The position numbers were made by a program, and so were the translations under genes. A DNA stretch of 64,000 nt from Histomonas meleagridis 2922-C6/04-290x (lineage: Eukaryota; Protista; Parabasalia). Below the pieces are notes generated by a model that worked only from the letters and a program-made list of their open reading frames with translations, did not search any database and was not told the DNA's origin. The stretch lies in contig JAANOX010000191.1 of NCBI GenBank assembly GCA_020184695.1, forward strand, positions 62,001-126,000, in the 5' to 3' direction. Below are positions 22,566 to 33,553 of the stretch, one piece after another (position 1 is the first letter of the stretch; every line of letters starts with the position of its first letter).

Positions 22566-23068
22566 TATTTTAAATAATTTCCGAATATTATTTTGTCATC
22601 GATGATGTAGAATTATATTCAAGGTATTTATTATTATGGTATTTCACAACCATGGATTGGAAAAGGTGCATTTTCTTCAGTTAATGCAACAGTTCATACA
22701 TATCCAACATATCAAGGTACAAACTTTAAATCCATTTCAGTTCTTTTACGCATTCATTAACGTTTTCTAAAACACAAATTAAATCATTTTCATATGAAAA
22801 AATTATTTTTATGTAATTCATTGTTTTCATATGTTGAAACTAAATTTATTTATCTGATTAAACAATTGTTATTCATACAACATAAATTTATTATAATTAT
22901 AATATTCAAATTTCTAGAAATATATATATTAATGTAAATGAATTCCAAAGAAATGATAATAATGTGACAACAATTATTTATTTTGTTTGTGTATATAGTT
23001 ATATTTGTTTTTATAATTTATTGAATACTTTATGAAGTTTACATTCATAAGAATAAATCCTTTAAAGG

Positions 23069-24012
23069 AAACTCTTCACCAATTTTGTTGTAAGTCGAAA
23101 TGTTGCTGAAATTAACGGTCAATAAACGGCCATCAATTTTCAAAACTCAATTCAAAAAGTCGAATACGTCAAAATATTTTGAGGTGGCTGTAATTATTTT
23201 TAACGTCCTCTATCGTGTTTAAATCAAGTAAAGTATTTAATTTCATTGGTTACTTTATAGAAAAGTCAATTCGAAACAAACGCAGTGGGGAGATAAAAAT
23301 TACAAAATTAACAAATGAACAAATTTTATATATCAAAAACAACAACAAATGACCCGAAGTGCTGGTATATTTGATAGGTATGGAGGGACTTCGAGAAAAA
23401 TTTTAAAGAGAATTTATTCCAAAATAAAAGTGACAAATCCATATATATGCAAATAGATAAAGTTTCTTAATATGGAGAACATTTCTTGGTTGAACATATA
23501 ATTTTTAAATTTATAGAGGCAGAAGAAGAATTATGATAATTTTAAATAGGCAGTTACATAAATATAAGAAGAATAGAGTTTATATATTATTTAAGGCCAA
23601 AAGAAGATAATCAGATTTAGTGTGACCAATTTTCGTTTGACTATTAATTTATTATACAGCCATTAGAAATGGTTATAAAAAATCTTTCTGCTTATATATG
23701 GGTTATTTAATGATCATTAGTACTGTGCACCTGGGACTAGCCGACGATAGAAATACGATAGAACCTTTTGAACATGTTCAAAAAGCTCTATCGTATTTCT
23801 ATCGCAAAAGTGACATCAATGTAAAAGAATTGAATAGTTTACAACGAATATAAAGTATTGAAAAAGATCAAAAATATTATGACTCATCGACTTTTTAGAT
23901 AAATTTTAATCGTTAAATATTTTGTTATTTATATGTAAACTATGCAAAAAGTGGTGATATATCGACCGTTAATTTCAGCATTTCGACTTACTACAAACTC
24001 TTCACCAATTTT
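23069..24012. mobile_element. MITE-like TIR element with an unusually long flanking direct repeat
   Basis: TIRs 23087-23120 and 23964-23994 (1 mismatch, one 3-nt indel); identical AAACTCTTCACCAATTTT at 23069-23086 and 23995-24012; interior decayed. Confidence 0.75.
23745..23804. repeat. 60-bp near-perfect palindrome
   Basis: 30-bp arms, no loop, 2 mismatches, centred on GAACATGTTC. Confidence 0.92.
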
Positions 24013-24099
24013 TCTGAATTTAATTTTTTGTTAATACCAAAAATCGATGAATTATTGCATTTAAGTTTTTTCAATTTTTTTTATTAATCAACTTAAATT

Positions 24100-24265
24100 T
24101 AGCTATTTATGTATGACCTTTATCAGATGCACAAATAAGTGATGTTTTAAATAATTTAAATAATTTTCAAATATTATTTAAAAATATGAAATATCAAATT
24201 ATTAAAATAAATTTCAAATAAAACAAATAAATATCTTTTTCATTAATATCAATTCCTTCTTGTTA
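24100..24265 (-). pseudogene. Degenerate ankyrin cassette end + 90-nt spacer + next ankyrin start
   Basis: QEGIDINEK-DIY..., spacer 24235-24146, then TSLICASDKGHT*. Confidence 0.65.
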
Positions 24266-24466
24266 AGGAAGCATTAAATGAGCCATATGTTATTATATTT
24301 ATCTTTTTTAAAATTGTGATGGATCTCATTGATTTCTTTTTCTACTGGCAGATGATGACTTATTGAGTTATTATAAATAAGAAACGTCTTTAAAACGCTT
24401 GCAGATATCAAATATAATTACAGTAATTATAAAAAAGAAAATATTCCAGAGTTATGTTGTTATGAT

Positions 24467-27377
24467 CTATTTTGGTTGACATTTTTTACAAGTATTTCCA
24501 TGAGTATATGTCTTCAAAAGTAAAATATCACAATGTATTTTGTGAATTTGATGACTTTCAGTAGTTTGTGTGCTGATGTTAACTTTTGTTTTGAAATTTT
24601 CCTTTTTATTGTCTTCTTTATACACTTGGGATTCGAGTTGGTTTTGTTCATCTGTAAAACTCCTTTCATTACTTATCGAAAGCCAAGAAGTGACATTCAT
24701 AGAAGAAGATTCTGAATTAGAATTTTCTTTTGCACCTTTTTCACGAAGTAAATTTTCTATTATGGTATAACCATTTTGTTGTGCGATTTGAATTGCTGTA
24801 TAAAATTATTAAAACATATTCTAAATTATTAAAACATATTCCAAATTATTAAAATGAATATATTTTGTATTAACATCAATTCCTTTATCTAAAAGTAATT
24901 TTACTATTTCTATATTATTATTTCTAACTGCTATATGAAGTGCTGTTTCAAATTATTAAAACATATATAAAATTATTAAAATGAATAGTTTCTTCATTAT
25001 CATCAATTCCTTTATCTAAAAGTAATTTTACTATTTCTATATTATTATTTCTAACTGCTATATGAAGTGCTGTTACAAATTATTAAAACATATTCTAAAT
25101 TATTAAAACATATCCAAAATTATTAAAATGAATATATTTTGCTTTAACATCAATTCCTTTATCTAAAAGTAATTTTACTATTTCTATATTATTATTTCTA
25201 ACTGCTATATGAAGTGCTGTTTCAAATTATTAAAGCATATTCTAAATTATTAAAACACATTCCAAATTATTAAAATGAATATATTTTGCATTAACATCAA
25301 TTCCTTTATCTAAAAGTAATTTTACTATTTCTATATTATTATTTCTAACTGCTATATGAAGTGCTGTCTCAAATTATTAAAACATATTTCGAATTATTAA
25401 AACATACATCATATTATTAAAACATATTCCAAATTATTAAAATGAATATATTTTGTATTAACATCAATTCCTTTATCTAAAAGTAATTTTACTATTTCTA
25501 TATTATTATTTCTAACTGCTATATAAAGTGCTGTTACAAATTATTAAAACATATATAAAAATATTAAAATGAATAGTTTCTTCATTATCATCAATTCCTT
25601 TATCTAAAAGTAATTTTACTATTTCTATATTATTATTTCTAACTGCTATATGAAGTGCTGTCTCAAATTATTAAAACATATATTATATTATTAAAACATA
25701 TATAAAATTATTCAAATGAATATTTTTTGCATTAACATCAATTCCTTCTTTATCTAAAAGTAATTTTACTATTTCTATATTATTATTTCTAACTGCTATA
25801 TGAAGTGCTGTTTCAAATTACTAAAATATATATCAAATTATTAAAACATATTACAAATTATTAAAAAATATATTAAATTATTCAAATGAATAGTTTTTGC
25901 ATTAACATCAATTCCTTCTTTATCTAAAAGTAATTTTACTATTTCTATATTATTATTCTTAACTGCTATATGAAGTGCTGTTACAAATTATTAAAACATA
26001 TTTCAAATTATTAAAACATATATTAAATTATTAAAACATATATAAAATTATTAAAACATATTATAAATTATTCAAATGAATATTTGTTGCATTAACATCA
26101 ATTCCTTTTTGTTCTAAAACATATTTCACAAGTTCAATATTTCCTGATTCTGAAGCAAATAATAAAATATCTTTTGGAATTTGATTATTTTGAAGGAAAT
26201 GTTTAGCGAGATATAAATTTCCATTTCTTACTGATGCATTTACAACATTGCTGTTGACTTTTATACCTTTTTCTTCTAAAAATGCTAAAATTTCATAATT
26301 TCCACTTTTGATGCAAACGCATCGCAAATCATTAATGTCACTTTGTTTTATATTTGGATTTAATGAGCTTGTAAATGTTGATTTACTTCTATTTCCGTAA
26401 ACTTGATAATTTTGTAAATTATTTTTATTTAATTTATCTAAATTATTCTCATAAATATATTTAAAGATATCATTTTTATGAAATTTAATTGCTGTTTCAT
26501 ATGCACCTTCAAATGATGAATGATTTTGTTCACATAAATGAATGATTTCTTCATTTCCACCTGCAACTGCATATTTACCTGTATTTTCTACTTTTGTGTT
26601 ATTCATAAGTAAATATTTAAAACATTTATCTGAAGAAAAAAATGCTGCATAATCAATTAATGAAACATTGTTTTTATTAATGAATGAACATCTTTCATAA
26701 AGTGATGGTTCGATTGTTTGATTATTATTAAAATTTGTTTGTGATGATATTTCTTGAAGTTTTTCGATTTCATCATTTCGAATTATTTTCGCAATTTCAT
26801 TCGGATTATGTCCTTCTTTAACATATTTCTTATGAAGTTCCCAATCATTCTTTGAAAGTTCTTCATAATTTTTGAAAAAAGTATCTTCAAAGCCATATTG
26901 ACTTCTATTAGTTTGTTTTTTGTTTTCTTCTTCTGTTTTATAATGTGCAAAATATAATGATTGAATTTTTTTAGTGATATTCATATCAATTAAATTTTGT
27001 TCAATCATTTGTGCCATCACATAATAAGATTCTTGTGTATTGATTCCAGATATATACTTAATAAAAATTGATATTAGATTACCGATATTTTGATTAATTT
27101 CTTCTTCTTTTTTTTGAAGTATTTTTAAAAAATATAAGTAAATATCAAATGTATTTCTTTGTGATGAAAATGAATTAAATACCAATTTGCATGTAATAAT
27201 ATTAAATGTGTTGGGAAGATTTGAATCGAATATTTTCACTGTGTCTTGAACCGTTGCCAGAAAATTTTCTTGGGTTAAGCCGAATATAAGCCTTTCAAGT
27301 TCAATCAGTTTTGGGACAGCTAGGATTGAATGTTTGGAATTTTTATAATTTGGCGTTTCACCGCAGCCATCATGCAT
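24467..27377 (-). CDS. DUF3447-type ankyrin-repeat gene split into a first ORF, eight single-repeat cassettes and a terminal ORF by nine non-canonical spacers
   Basis: First ORF 27377-26085; cassettes TAL(H/Y)IAV(R/K)NNNIEIVKLLLDK(E)GID(V/D)(N/K)xx; terminal ORF 24799-24467 (TAIQIAQQNGYTIIENLLREKGAK...stop). Confidence 0.7.
24800..26084 (-). repeat. Tandem array of 84-87-nt ankyrin units alternating with spacers built of 20-nt subrepeats NNNN-TATGTTTTAATAATTT
   Basis: Spacer lengths 103, 83, 63, 43, 83, 63, 63, 43, 63 nt (hand count). Confidence 0.95.
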
Positions 27378-28132
27378 TTGTTGTGGTTTGCAAACCTTGG
27401 ACTCATATCGGTTTATTCAAAATTCTATCGTAAACGCGTGTCGGAGATCACTTTTCGCATCACAATTCATCCCACAAACACAAAAGTGCTACTATTTACC
27501 TTGACTGTCTGTGTCAACCAACTTTCCTTATTATAGATTTTTTTTTTTAAATTTTGGAATTATTTATAATGTTCCAAGTATAGCATCTCCTTAAGCTCAC
27601 AAAATTCTTAAGCTCCAAATAGACGATTTCCAAAAAATTTGTAAAGCAGGCAATGTCAAAAAACCCTCCTGTTTTTTGGCATTATAAATGGTCATATATA
27701 GAATTTTGCCATTTTGAGCGTCAAATATTTGTATGTAGAAATTGTGGGCACCCTTATAATTTCTTATAGGATTATACAAAAATGATATTAACTGACATAG
27801 AATGAATCTGGAATGTATGATTATATTAGATTAAGAATAAAAAATATATTGAAAAATTCGAAGCATGATGTTTTACAATTAAAAAAAAAAATTGAGTCTC
27901 ACAAAGGAATACATGGTATTTCTAATGTACACAATTTACAAAATAATCTTTTTGAAAAATTTAAACTTCCATATAATGCTAATATTTATCTCTTGCAAAA
28001 TTACAATCTATTCAATCTTAAAATATGATTTCAGATATAAAACAACACTTAAATCATATAATGCTATTTAGTGATTGTTAATATTTTTAATAAAATTAAG
28101 AAACATTATATTTTATTTATAAACAAAAGTTT

Positions 28133-31100
28133 TTAATTTTCTTCTTTCTTATAATGCACTAAAATTTTCAAGTATTCAGCTGGATCAGCATTTAATCCAA
28201 TTTCATGTACAAATACTCTAATTTTTACATCTCCCACACTATCATTAGGCAAAAACAGCGCTCTAATTTTAATTGTTTCCAATGGCCCTACAATATAATG
28301 TGTTGGATCGAACATAATCAAATCTGGATGTGTTGTAGTTAACTTAATTTTCTTAGATTTATTATCTTTATTTACATAAGGTAAACTTCTTTTGGCACTT
28401 TCTCCGTTAACCAGAGAAATTTCTGATTTGCCGATACATTTTTGTTTCCGTTTATTATTAATTCTTTTATCTTTAATTTTAATAATAATTTTTCCGATAA
28501 CTTTTTTTAATGTCAAATTCCATACAAATGCTAATGAATAACCAGCAGATAAAGCAGAAATTACAACTTCTCCATCATTTTTAAGTTTTTCAGGATTAAA
28601 ATAATTTAAGAATTCTACAATTCGATAATCATTAGTTCTACAACAAATTTTATTACCTTTATATTGTTTTAATTCTAATTTTAATTTATCGCCAATACTT
28701 AAAACTTCAGAAGTTAATATATCAATATGTAATTGTATTATTTTATGTATTGTTCCATCTTTAGCGAATAAAAACAAAAAACATTTTAAACTTTCATCAA
28801 TTGGAAGTGATGAAAGTTTAATACCGAAATCAGAATTCATTGCATTGATTAAACCATTCGAACAAATTACTGAATGAATTTCATTTAATGTTAATATTGT
28901 CGTCGAAATAATTCCTTTTGATTGAATAGGAATATAAATATTTTCATGAACTATCGAATGTGTTTTCCGAATTTGTACTGTGAAATAATCAACTAATTTT
29001 CCTTCTTTATTAGTTAATGAAACTGAAATTTGTTTATTATCATTAATTTCATTAGTGTTAAAATAACCAAATAAAAGATTTAATTCTTCATTCGGTTGAA
29101 GAATAATTTTATCATTAGTAATCAAATGAAAGCGTTCAATATCAGAAAGATTTGAATCTTGATTAAATTCGATTTCTTCATTTCGTTCAATTGAAAATGG
29201 ATTTTCATAACAATTATAATTATTAGAGTTAACTCTTTTAATTAGCCTTAAATGTTCATCATTAGTGTTAATATAAATTGTTGTTTCTTCTTCATCAGTA
29301 TCAAAACTAGATGTAAAAAGAAAACGACTTTCTCGTCCTGGTACAGGTGAAATTATAATTGTTCTTAAGAATCGTTTTTGTAATTCACTTAATATAATTT
29401 CTTGTTTTTTGTCAGCACGATAACGATTCGCTAATTCGTAACGTGGTTCGAAACTTGTTTTTGATAATTTACGAAATTCTTTATCAGTCGTAAAAAGTGG
29501 TTCAGCGATTTTTATATCTTCTTCTTTAATATTATTTTGAAAAACAAATTCTGGATATTGGATTTCATGCCCTTTTGTGCCATAACATCCACATGAAAAA
29601 TTAATGATACCAAGTAATTCGCCATCAGTCGAGATCAAATTTGAATGCGCTGGAAATTGAAGCGACGGTTTTCCTTGACGCAAAAGTGTCAAACTCGGGA
29701 TATTAAATGTACCAATTTGGACTCCGCTTTCATGATCAATGATTATCGCTTGAATTTCATTTGACTTCATTTGTAGGTAATAATTTAATACATGATCAAT
29801 TGTCTTAAGAATGATATCTTTCTTGATAAGAACTCCTTTAAGAGTTGTTTTACGTGGCCCAGAATTAAAACAAAGAAATGAATCTTGTAAGTAGTCAAGT
29901 GTACAAACATCACTTTCTATTTTCCCAAAAGGCCATAAATCTAAAGAAATTATAAATCGTTTAAAAATAGAAATAGGAAATCGTTGAAAATAACATTGCT
30001 TAGGCTCAATAAATTTAAAAAGAAAAATCAAATGATTGCCAGTTAACTGATCTTTTAACTCGGAATCAAGAAGAGGTTCTATTGGAATATCGGAAACATC
30101 TAATTGTGATAGAGTTGTCCCATCATCGTATGTTAATGGAATGAACTCGAATGGAACTGTTTTAATATTAGTTTGTTTCCCAATAAAATTAGTAAAACTA
30201 ACATCAAATGTTACTATTGGTTGTTGCTCAATTTTAGAATTAAATATACGTACACAAAATGGAGATAATTGAGCTTCACGTCTTAAATTAAGTCGAACAG
30301 ATTCATCTGATTTTGGAATAAAAACAGCAAATCCAATTGGCACTTCAACATTTTGTTTCCCATCGCGTCGATATTGCCTCATGAAATTTGCATTTTTAAT
30401 AAAGGAAAGATCAATTTCAATATTGACAACAAGTTGTACAACGATAGCAAAATACTGGTTGACCGTTAATGGTGTTAAAAGAATTTGACCATCAAATGTC
30501 CAATTGTCATTACCATTAAGTTCTGCTTTATAAATATCAGTTGTAAATTTGTATGTATTATGGATTCCAATATGAAGAAGTTTTTTTATAATTCGAAGAT
30601 TAACTTGTGATGACTGAACATTATACTTTTGGGAAATTGAAGCACTAAGCTCTTCTTGAAGTTGTTGTTGAAAGTCAGGTGGTATTTGAACTTGGATTCG
30701 TGAAACAATTAATCTTTCAGGTTGTTCAAAATTAAGTGGAGCGAGCTTACGAATCCCTGGAATAGGCTTACTGACAAAAACGAATAATGGTAAATAATGT
30801 TGAGCACGTTTAAGGTCATCAAATTTTTTGAATTCGATAATTAATTCCCCTTTTTTGGAAACTAATCCAGTTGAAAAATCTTGAGGATGAGAAAGTAGAA
30901 ATCGTGGAGTTCCATTGTATAAAGGACATTCTTGTTCAATTGATGATTTTGGTTGTGGGATAATGGTGAAAAAAAGTGATGATTCACTGGTTTCTCCACT
31001 TAAATATTGGATAAATATTGCAAATTCAATAACAATAAGGGAATCGGTTCCAGCTAATAATGCATAAGCTGTTAAATTTATCGAATTTGCTGTAAAATCT

Positions 31101-31345
31101 GTAATCAATGGTGATGTCCAAGTCTTTCCTTGAAACATTCCTGCCTTTTGATTAAATACTGAAACATATGCTTTGATTCCAAAAGTTGAAGTATCTGGTG
31201 TTGTTTTTAATTTGGAAGATAATGAAAAATTCCGTAATTCTTTAATGTTTAGGATCCATCCTGATATATTAGTGTAGCTATTAATTTCAGGTAAAATAAA
31301 ATTATTATTAAATGCTTTAATCCATAGAGTGTCAACCAGAGTCAT
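28133..31345 (-). CDS. NPHP4: Nephrocystin-4 (ciliary transition-zone protein)
   Basis: FQGKTWTS, LYNGTPRFLL, IGIHNTYKF, YFQRFP, TLLRQGKPSLQ and C-terminal KRSLPYVN...HPDLIMF match NPHP4 blocks in order. Confidence 0.8.
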   Translation of the reverse strand: MTLVDTLWIKAFNNNFILPEINSYTNISGWILNIKELRNFSLSSKLKTTPDTSTFGIKAYVSVFNQKAGMFQGKTWTSPLITDFTANSINLTAYALLAGTDSLIVIEFAIFIQYLSGETSESSLFFTIIPQPKSSIEQECPLYNGTPRFLLSHPQDFSTGLVSKKGELIIEFKKFDDLKRAQHYLPLFVFVSKPIPGIRKLAPLNFEQPERLIVSRIQVQIPPDFQQQLQEELSASISQKYNVQSSQVNLRIIKKLLHIGIHNTYKFTTDIYKAELNGNDNWTFDGQILLTPLTVNQYFAIVVQLVVNIEIDLSFIKNANFMRQYRRDGKQNVEVPIGFAVFIPKSDESVRLNLRREAQLSPFCVRIFNSKIEQQPIVTFDVSFTNFIGKQTNIKTVPFEFIPLTYDDGTTLSQLDVSDIPIEPLLDSELKDQLTGNHLIFLFKFIEPKQCYFQRFPISIFKRFIISLDLWPFGKIESDVCTLDYLQDSFLCFNSGPRKTTLKGVLIKKDIILKTIDHVLNYYLQMKSNEIQAIIIDHESGVQIGTFNIPSLTLLRQGKPSLQFPAHSNLISTDGELLGIINFSCGCYGTKGHEIQYPEFVFQNNIKEEDIKIAEPLFTTDKEFRKLSKTSFEPRYELANRYRADKKQEIILSELQKRFLRTIIISPVPGRESRFLFTSSFDTDEEETTIYINTNDEHLRLIKRVNSNNYNCYENPFSIERNEEIEFNQDSNLSDIERFHLITNDKIILQPNEELNLLFGYFNTNEINDNKQISVSLTNKEGKLVDYFTVQIRKTHSIVHENIYIPIQSKGIISTTILTLNEIHSVICSNGLINAMNSDFGIKLSSLPIDESLKCFLFLFAKDGTIHKIIQLHIDILTSEVLSIGDKLKLELKQYKGNKICCRTNDYRIVEFLNYFNPEKLKNDGEVVISALSAGYSLAFVWNLTLKKVIGKIIIKIKDKRINNKRKQKCIGKSEISLVNGESAKRSLPYVNKDNKSKKIKLTTTHPDLIMFDPTHYIVGPLETIKIRALFLPNDSVGDVKIRVFVHEIGLNADPAEYLKILVHYKKEEN

Positions 31346-31539
31346 TCTCTGTAAAATTTTCTTTATACTAAAAATTTATAATTAACTGATGAAAAAATCA
31401 TCTTTTTTACTTTTATGAAAAAAATCTTGGCGACCATTTTAAAGATATTCATGTTCATTTGTTTTTACATTTCCATTCAAAACCTTTTGACCACCAAATG
31501 TCATATTCCGTTCAAAATGTTTCTGATAAAAATTGAGAT

Positions 31540-31880
31540 TAGTTTAACAAGTTTATTTGTTTCCCGATTTTGTTGAGAAAATTAAGATATTTTTGCAAGT
31601 TGATTGAGTCCTGAAAAATATTTTGTAAACAATACATTTCCTGTTTCTGCTGCGCAAATAACAATGTCATCATTGATGATCATTCCTTCTTTATTCATAA
31701 ATTCAAAAATATCAGAATAATGATATAAACTACATTTAATTCCTTTCTTCTAGATTATGAATTTCTTCTGATTTGTTTTCATAAATATATTTGAAGATAT
31801 CATTTAGACGGAATTTAGATTTTTATTGTGCTGTTTAAATTGTTGTTTCATAAATTCTAAACGTGCATTATTTAACGTCC
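31540..31880 (-). pseudogene. Decayed fragment of a DUF3447-ankyrin paralogue
   Basis: NDIFKYIYEN, CAAETGNVLFTKYF and ILIFSTKSGN parallel NDIFKYIYEN, ASVRNGNLYLAKHF and ILLFASESGN of the 27377 ORF; stops and frameshifts present. Confidence 0.65.
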
Positions 31881-31961
31881 AATACTTATTTTTCATATCA
31901 CATTTCGTTTCATGCCTTTGACCAATACAAATTGACTGAGTTTGTTATGATCTAGAAATTC

Positions 31962-33161
31962 ATGAAAAGAAAACAGGTTGTTGATGAAGAAATTGATTCA
32001 GATGAAATTCCAGATGTATCAGATGAAGAACCACAAGAAAGTGAAGTTGAAGATTTTTTTACAGAAACACCTGAAGATAAAAAAATCCGTTTAGCAAATG
32101 AATATCTCGAAAATCTAAAGAAAAACGCTCCAGAAACAGAGGACATTGATGAACGCCTTTCTAATGATTATGAAGAAGAAATTGGTAAAAGATTTGATCC
32201 AATTTTTTATTCAAAAACAACAGAATTACAACGATTCCGCGCACATGACAGAGGTAGGCCAACGTGCCTTGCTATTGGTCCAGGTTGTGTTTTTTCAGGG
32301 GCAAAAGATGGTTCAATAGTTCGAGTTAATCTAGAACCAAGAAAGAAGATAGATATTGCACCTCCATCTCGTGTACAGATTCTTTGCATTGCTTACAATT
32401 CGAAAACATCACAAGTTGCAAGTGGAGATTCATCAGGGATAATCTCATTATGGGATTCAGAAAATGGAGGTATTGTTCTTGAAATGAAAGGACATAGAGG
32501 TGGTGTTACAGGTATTGCATTTCAAACGAAAAACAATCAACTTTTTTCATGTTCATATGATGGAACTATAAAAGTTTGGGATTGTGAAAATGGAAATTGT
32601 CTTTCAACACTTTTCGGACATCAACTGGAGCCCATGGCCATTGATTTTTGCGGTGTTGCTGTTTCATGTGGAGCTGATCGAACAGTTCGTATGTGGAAGT
32701 TTGAAGAAGAGAAACAATTTGTTTACCACGGCACCACAATTAAAGCATCCATTGATTGTGTATCAATGGTCAATAGTAAATACAGTGTTAGTGGTTCTCA
32801 AGATGGAAACATCAATCTTTGGGACATGTCAAAGAAAAAGCCGATAGCGACCGTTACCAACGCACATGGCAAAGGCTACTGGATCACAGCAATTTGCGCT
32901 TTAAGGTTCAGAAAAGTTTTTGCAAGTGGAAGCTATAACGGAACAGTTAAATTTTGGTATATTACAAATGATAATAAAATAGAGCCTGCATTTGAGGTGC
33001 AACTTATTGGCTTTATTAACGATATCAGATTCTCAGAGAAGGGAGACTTTGTAGCAGTACAAGTCTCACAGGAAATGAGATATGGTAAATGGATTCCATC
33101 AATTCAGGAAGCGAGACAAGGTGTTTATATAATTGGTTTGACAGAAATTAAAGCTGAATAA
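31962..33161 (+). CDS. RRP9: U3 snoRNP WD40 protein Rrp9/U3-55K
   Basis: Acidic N-terminus with ETPEDKKIRLANEYL, then seven WD40 blades; QEMRYGKW near the C-terminus. Confidence 0.85.
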   Translation: MKRKQVVDEEIDSDEIPDVSDEEPQESEVEDFFTETPEDKKIRLANEYLENLKKNAPETEDIDERLSNDYEEEIGKRFDPIFYSKTTELQRFRAHDRGRPTCLAIGPGCVFSGAKDGSIVRVNLEPRKKIDIAPPSRVQILCIAYNSKTSQVASGDSSGIISLWDSENGGIVLEMKGHRGGVTGIAFQTKNNQLFSCSYDGTIKVWDCENGNCLSTLFGHQLEPMAIDFCGVAVSCGADRTVRMWKFEEEKQFVYHGTTIKASIDCVSMVNSKYSVSGSQDGNINLWDMSKKKPIATVTNAHGKGYWITAICALRFRKVFASGSYNGTVKFWYITNDNKIEPAFEVQLIGFINDIRFSEKGDFVAVQVSQEMRYGKWIPSIQEARQGVYIIGLTEIKAE

Positions 33162-33553
33162 AGTGATATTAAATAATAAATTATTCAATAGCAATTGTTC
33201 TTATTGACGTTTTTAAATTTATTTAGTATTTTTTAAATAAATTTTATTTTTATTCTTTTGTGCATCAATTAACATTGAGTAAGGTGAAAGAGATATCATT
33301 CATTATTAAACCAATCATCTCTTTTAATAAAATTATTTTAAAATGTGATTGAAAATAGACTGGCATGAATATTATATTGAGAAGATTTTAAAAAATAAAT
33401 TACCTTGAAAAAAAGGGTGCCCAATGTGCTTATGTAACGTTCTGAATTCATTCAAAAGTTCCTTCGCAAAAAATTGAACGTTTGAAGAATGATTTATTTG
33501 CAGTGAATATTTTCAGTGGTTATGTGAATTCGTAAAAATAGAAAAGCAATCGA

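Noticed and set aside
22650-22760. WIGKGAFSSV, a kinase glycine-loop-like peptide on the plus strand
   Set aside because: Isolated, about 35 codons, no downstream kinase motifs; may be chance or a tiny relic.
24800-26084. CRISPR-like reading of the constant/variable 20-nt units
   Set aside because: Variable parts are only 4 nt, the longer alternating units are near-identical ankyrin codons rather than unique spacers, the host is eukaryotic and there are no cas genes.
24800-26084. U12-type AT-AC introns (ATATTCATTT ... AAC)
   Set aside because: Joining at these ends gives an out-of-frame CAC TTC ATA TAG, three spacers begin CTATTC, and no TCCTTAAC branch site is present.
24800-26084. Stop-codon reassignment (TAA/TAG = Gln) explaining read-through of the spacers
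   Set aside because: Ordinary genes here end in TAA, and spacer lengths fall in all three frames.
27740-33430. TGGGCACCCTT shared at about 27745 (+) and 33415 (-)
   Set aside because: Only 11 bp, 5.7 kb apart around housekeeping genes, no TSD; at most remnants of separate MITE ends.
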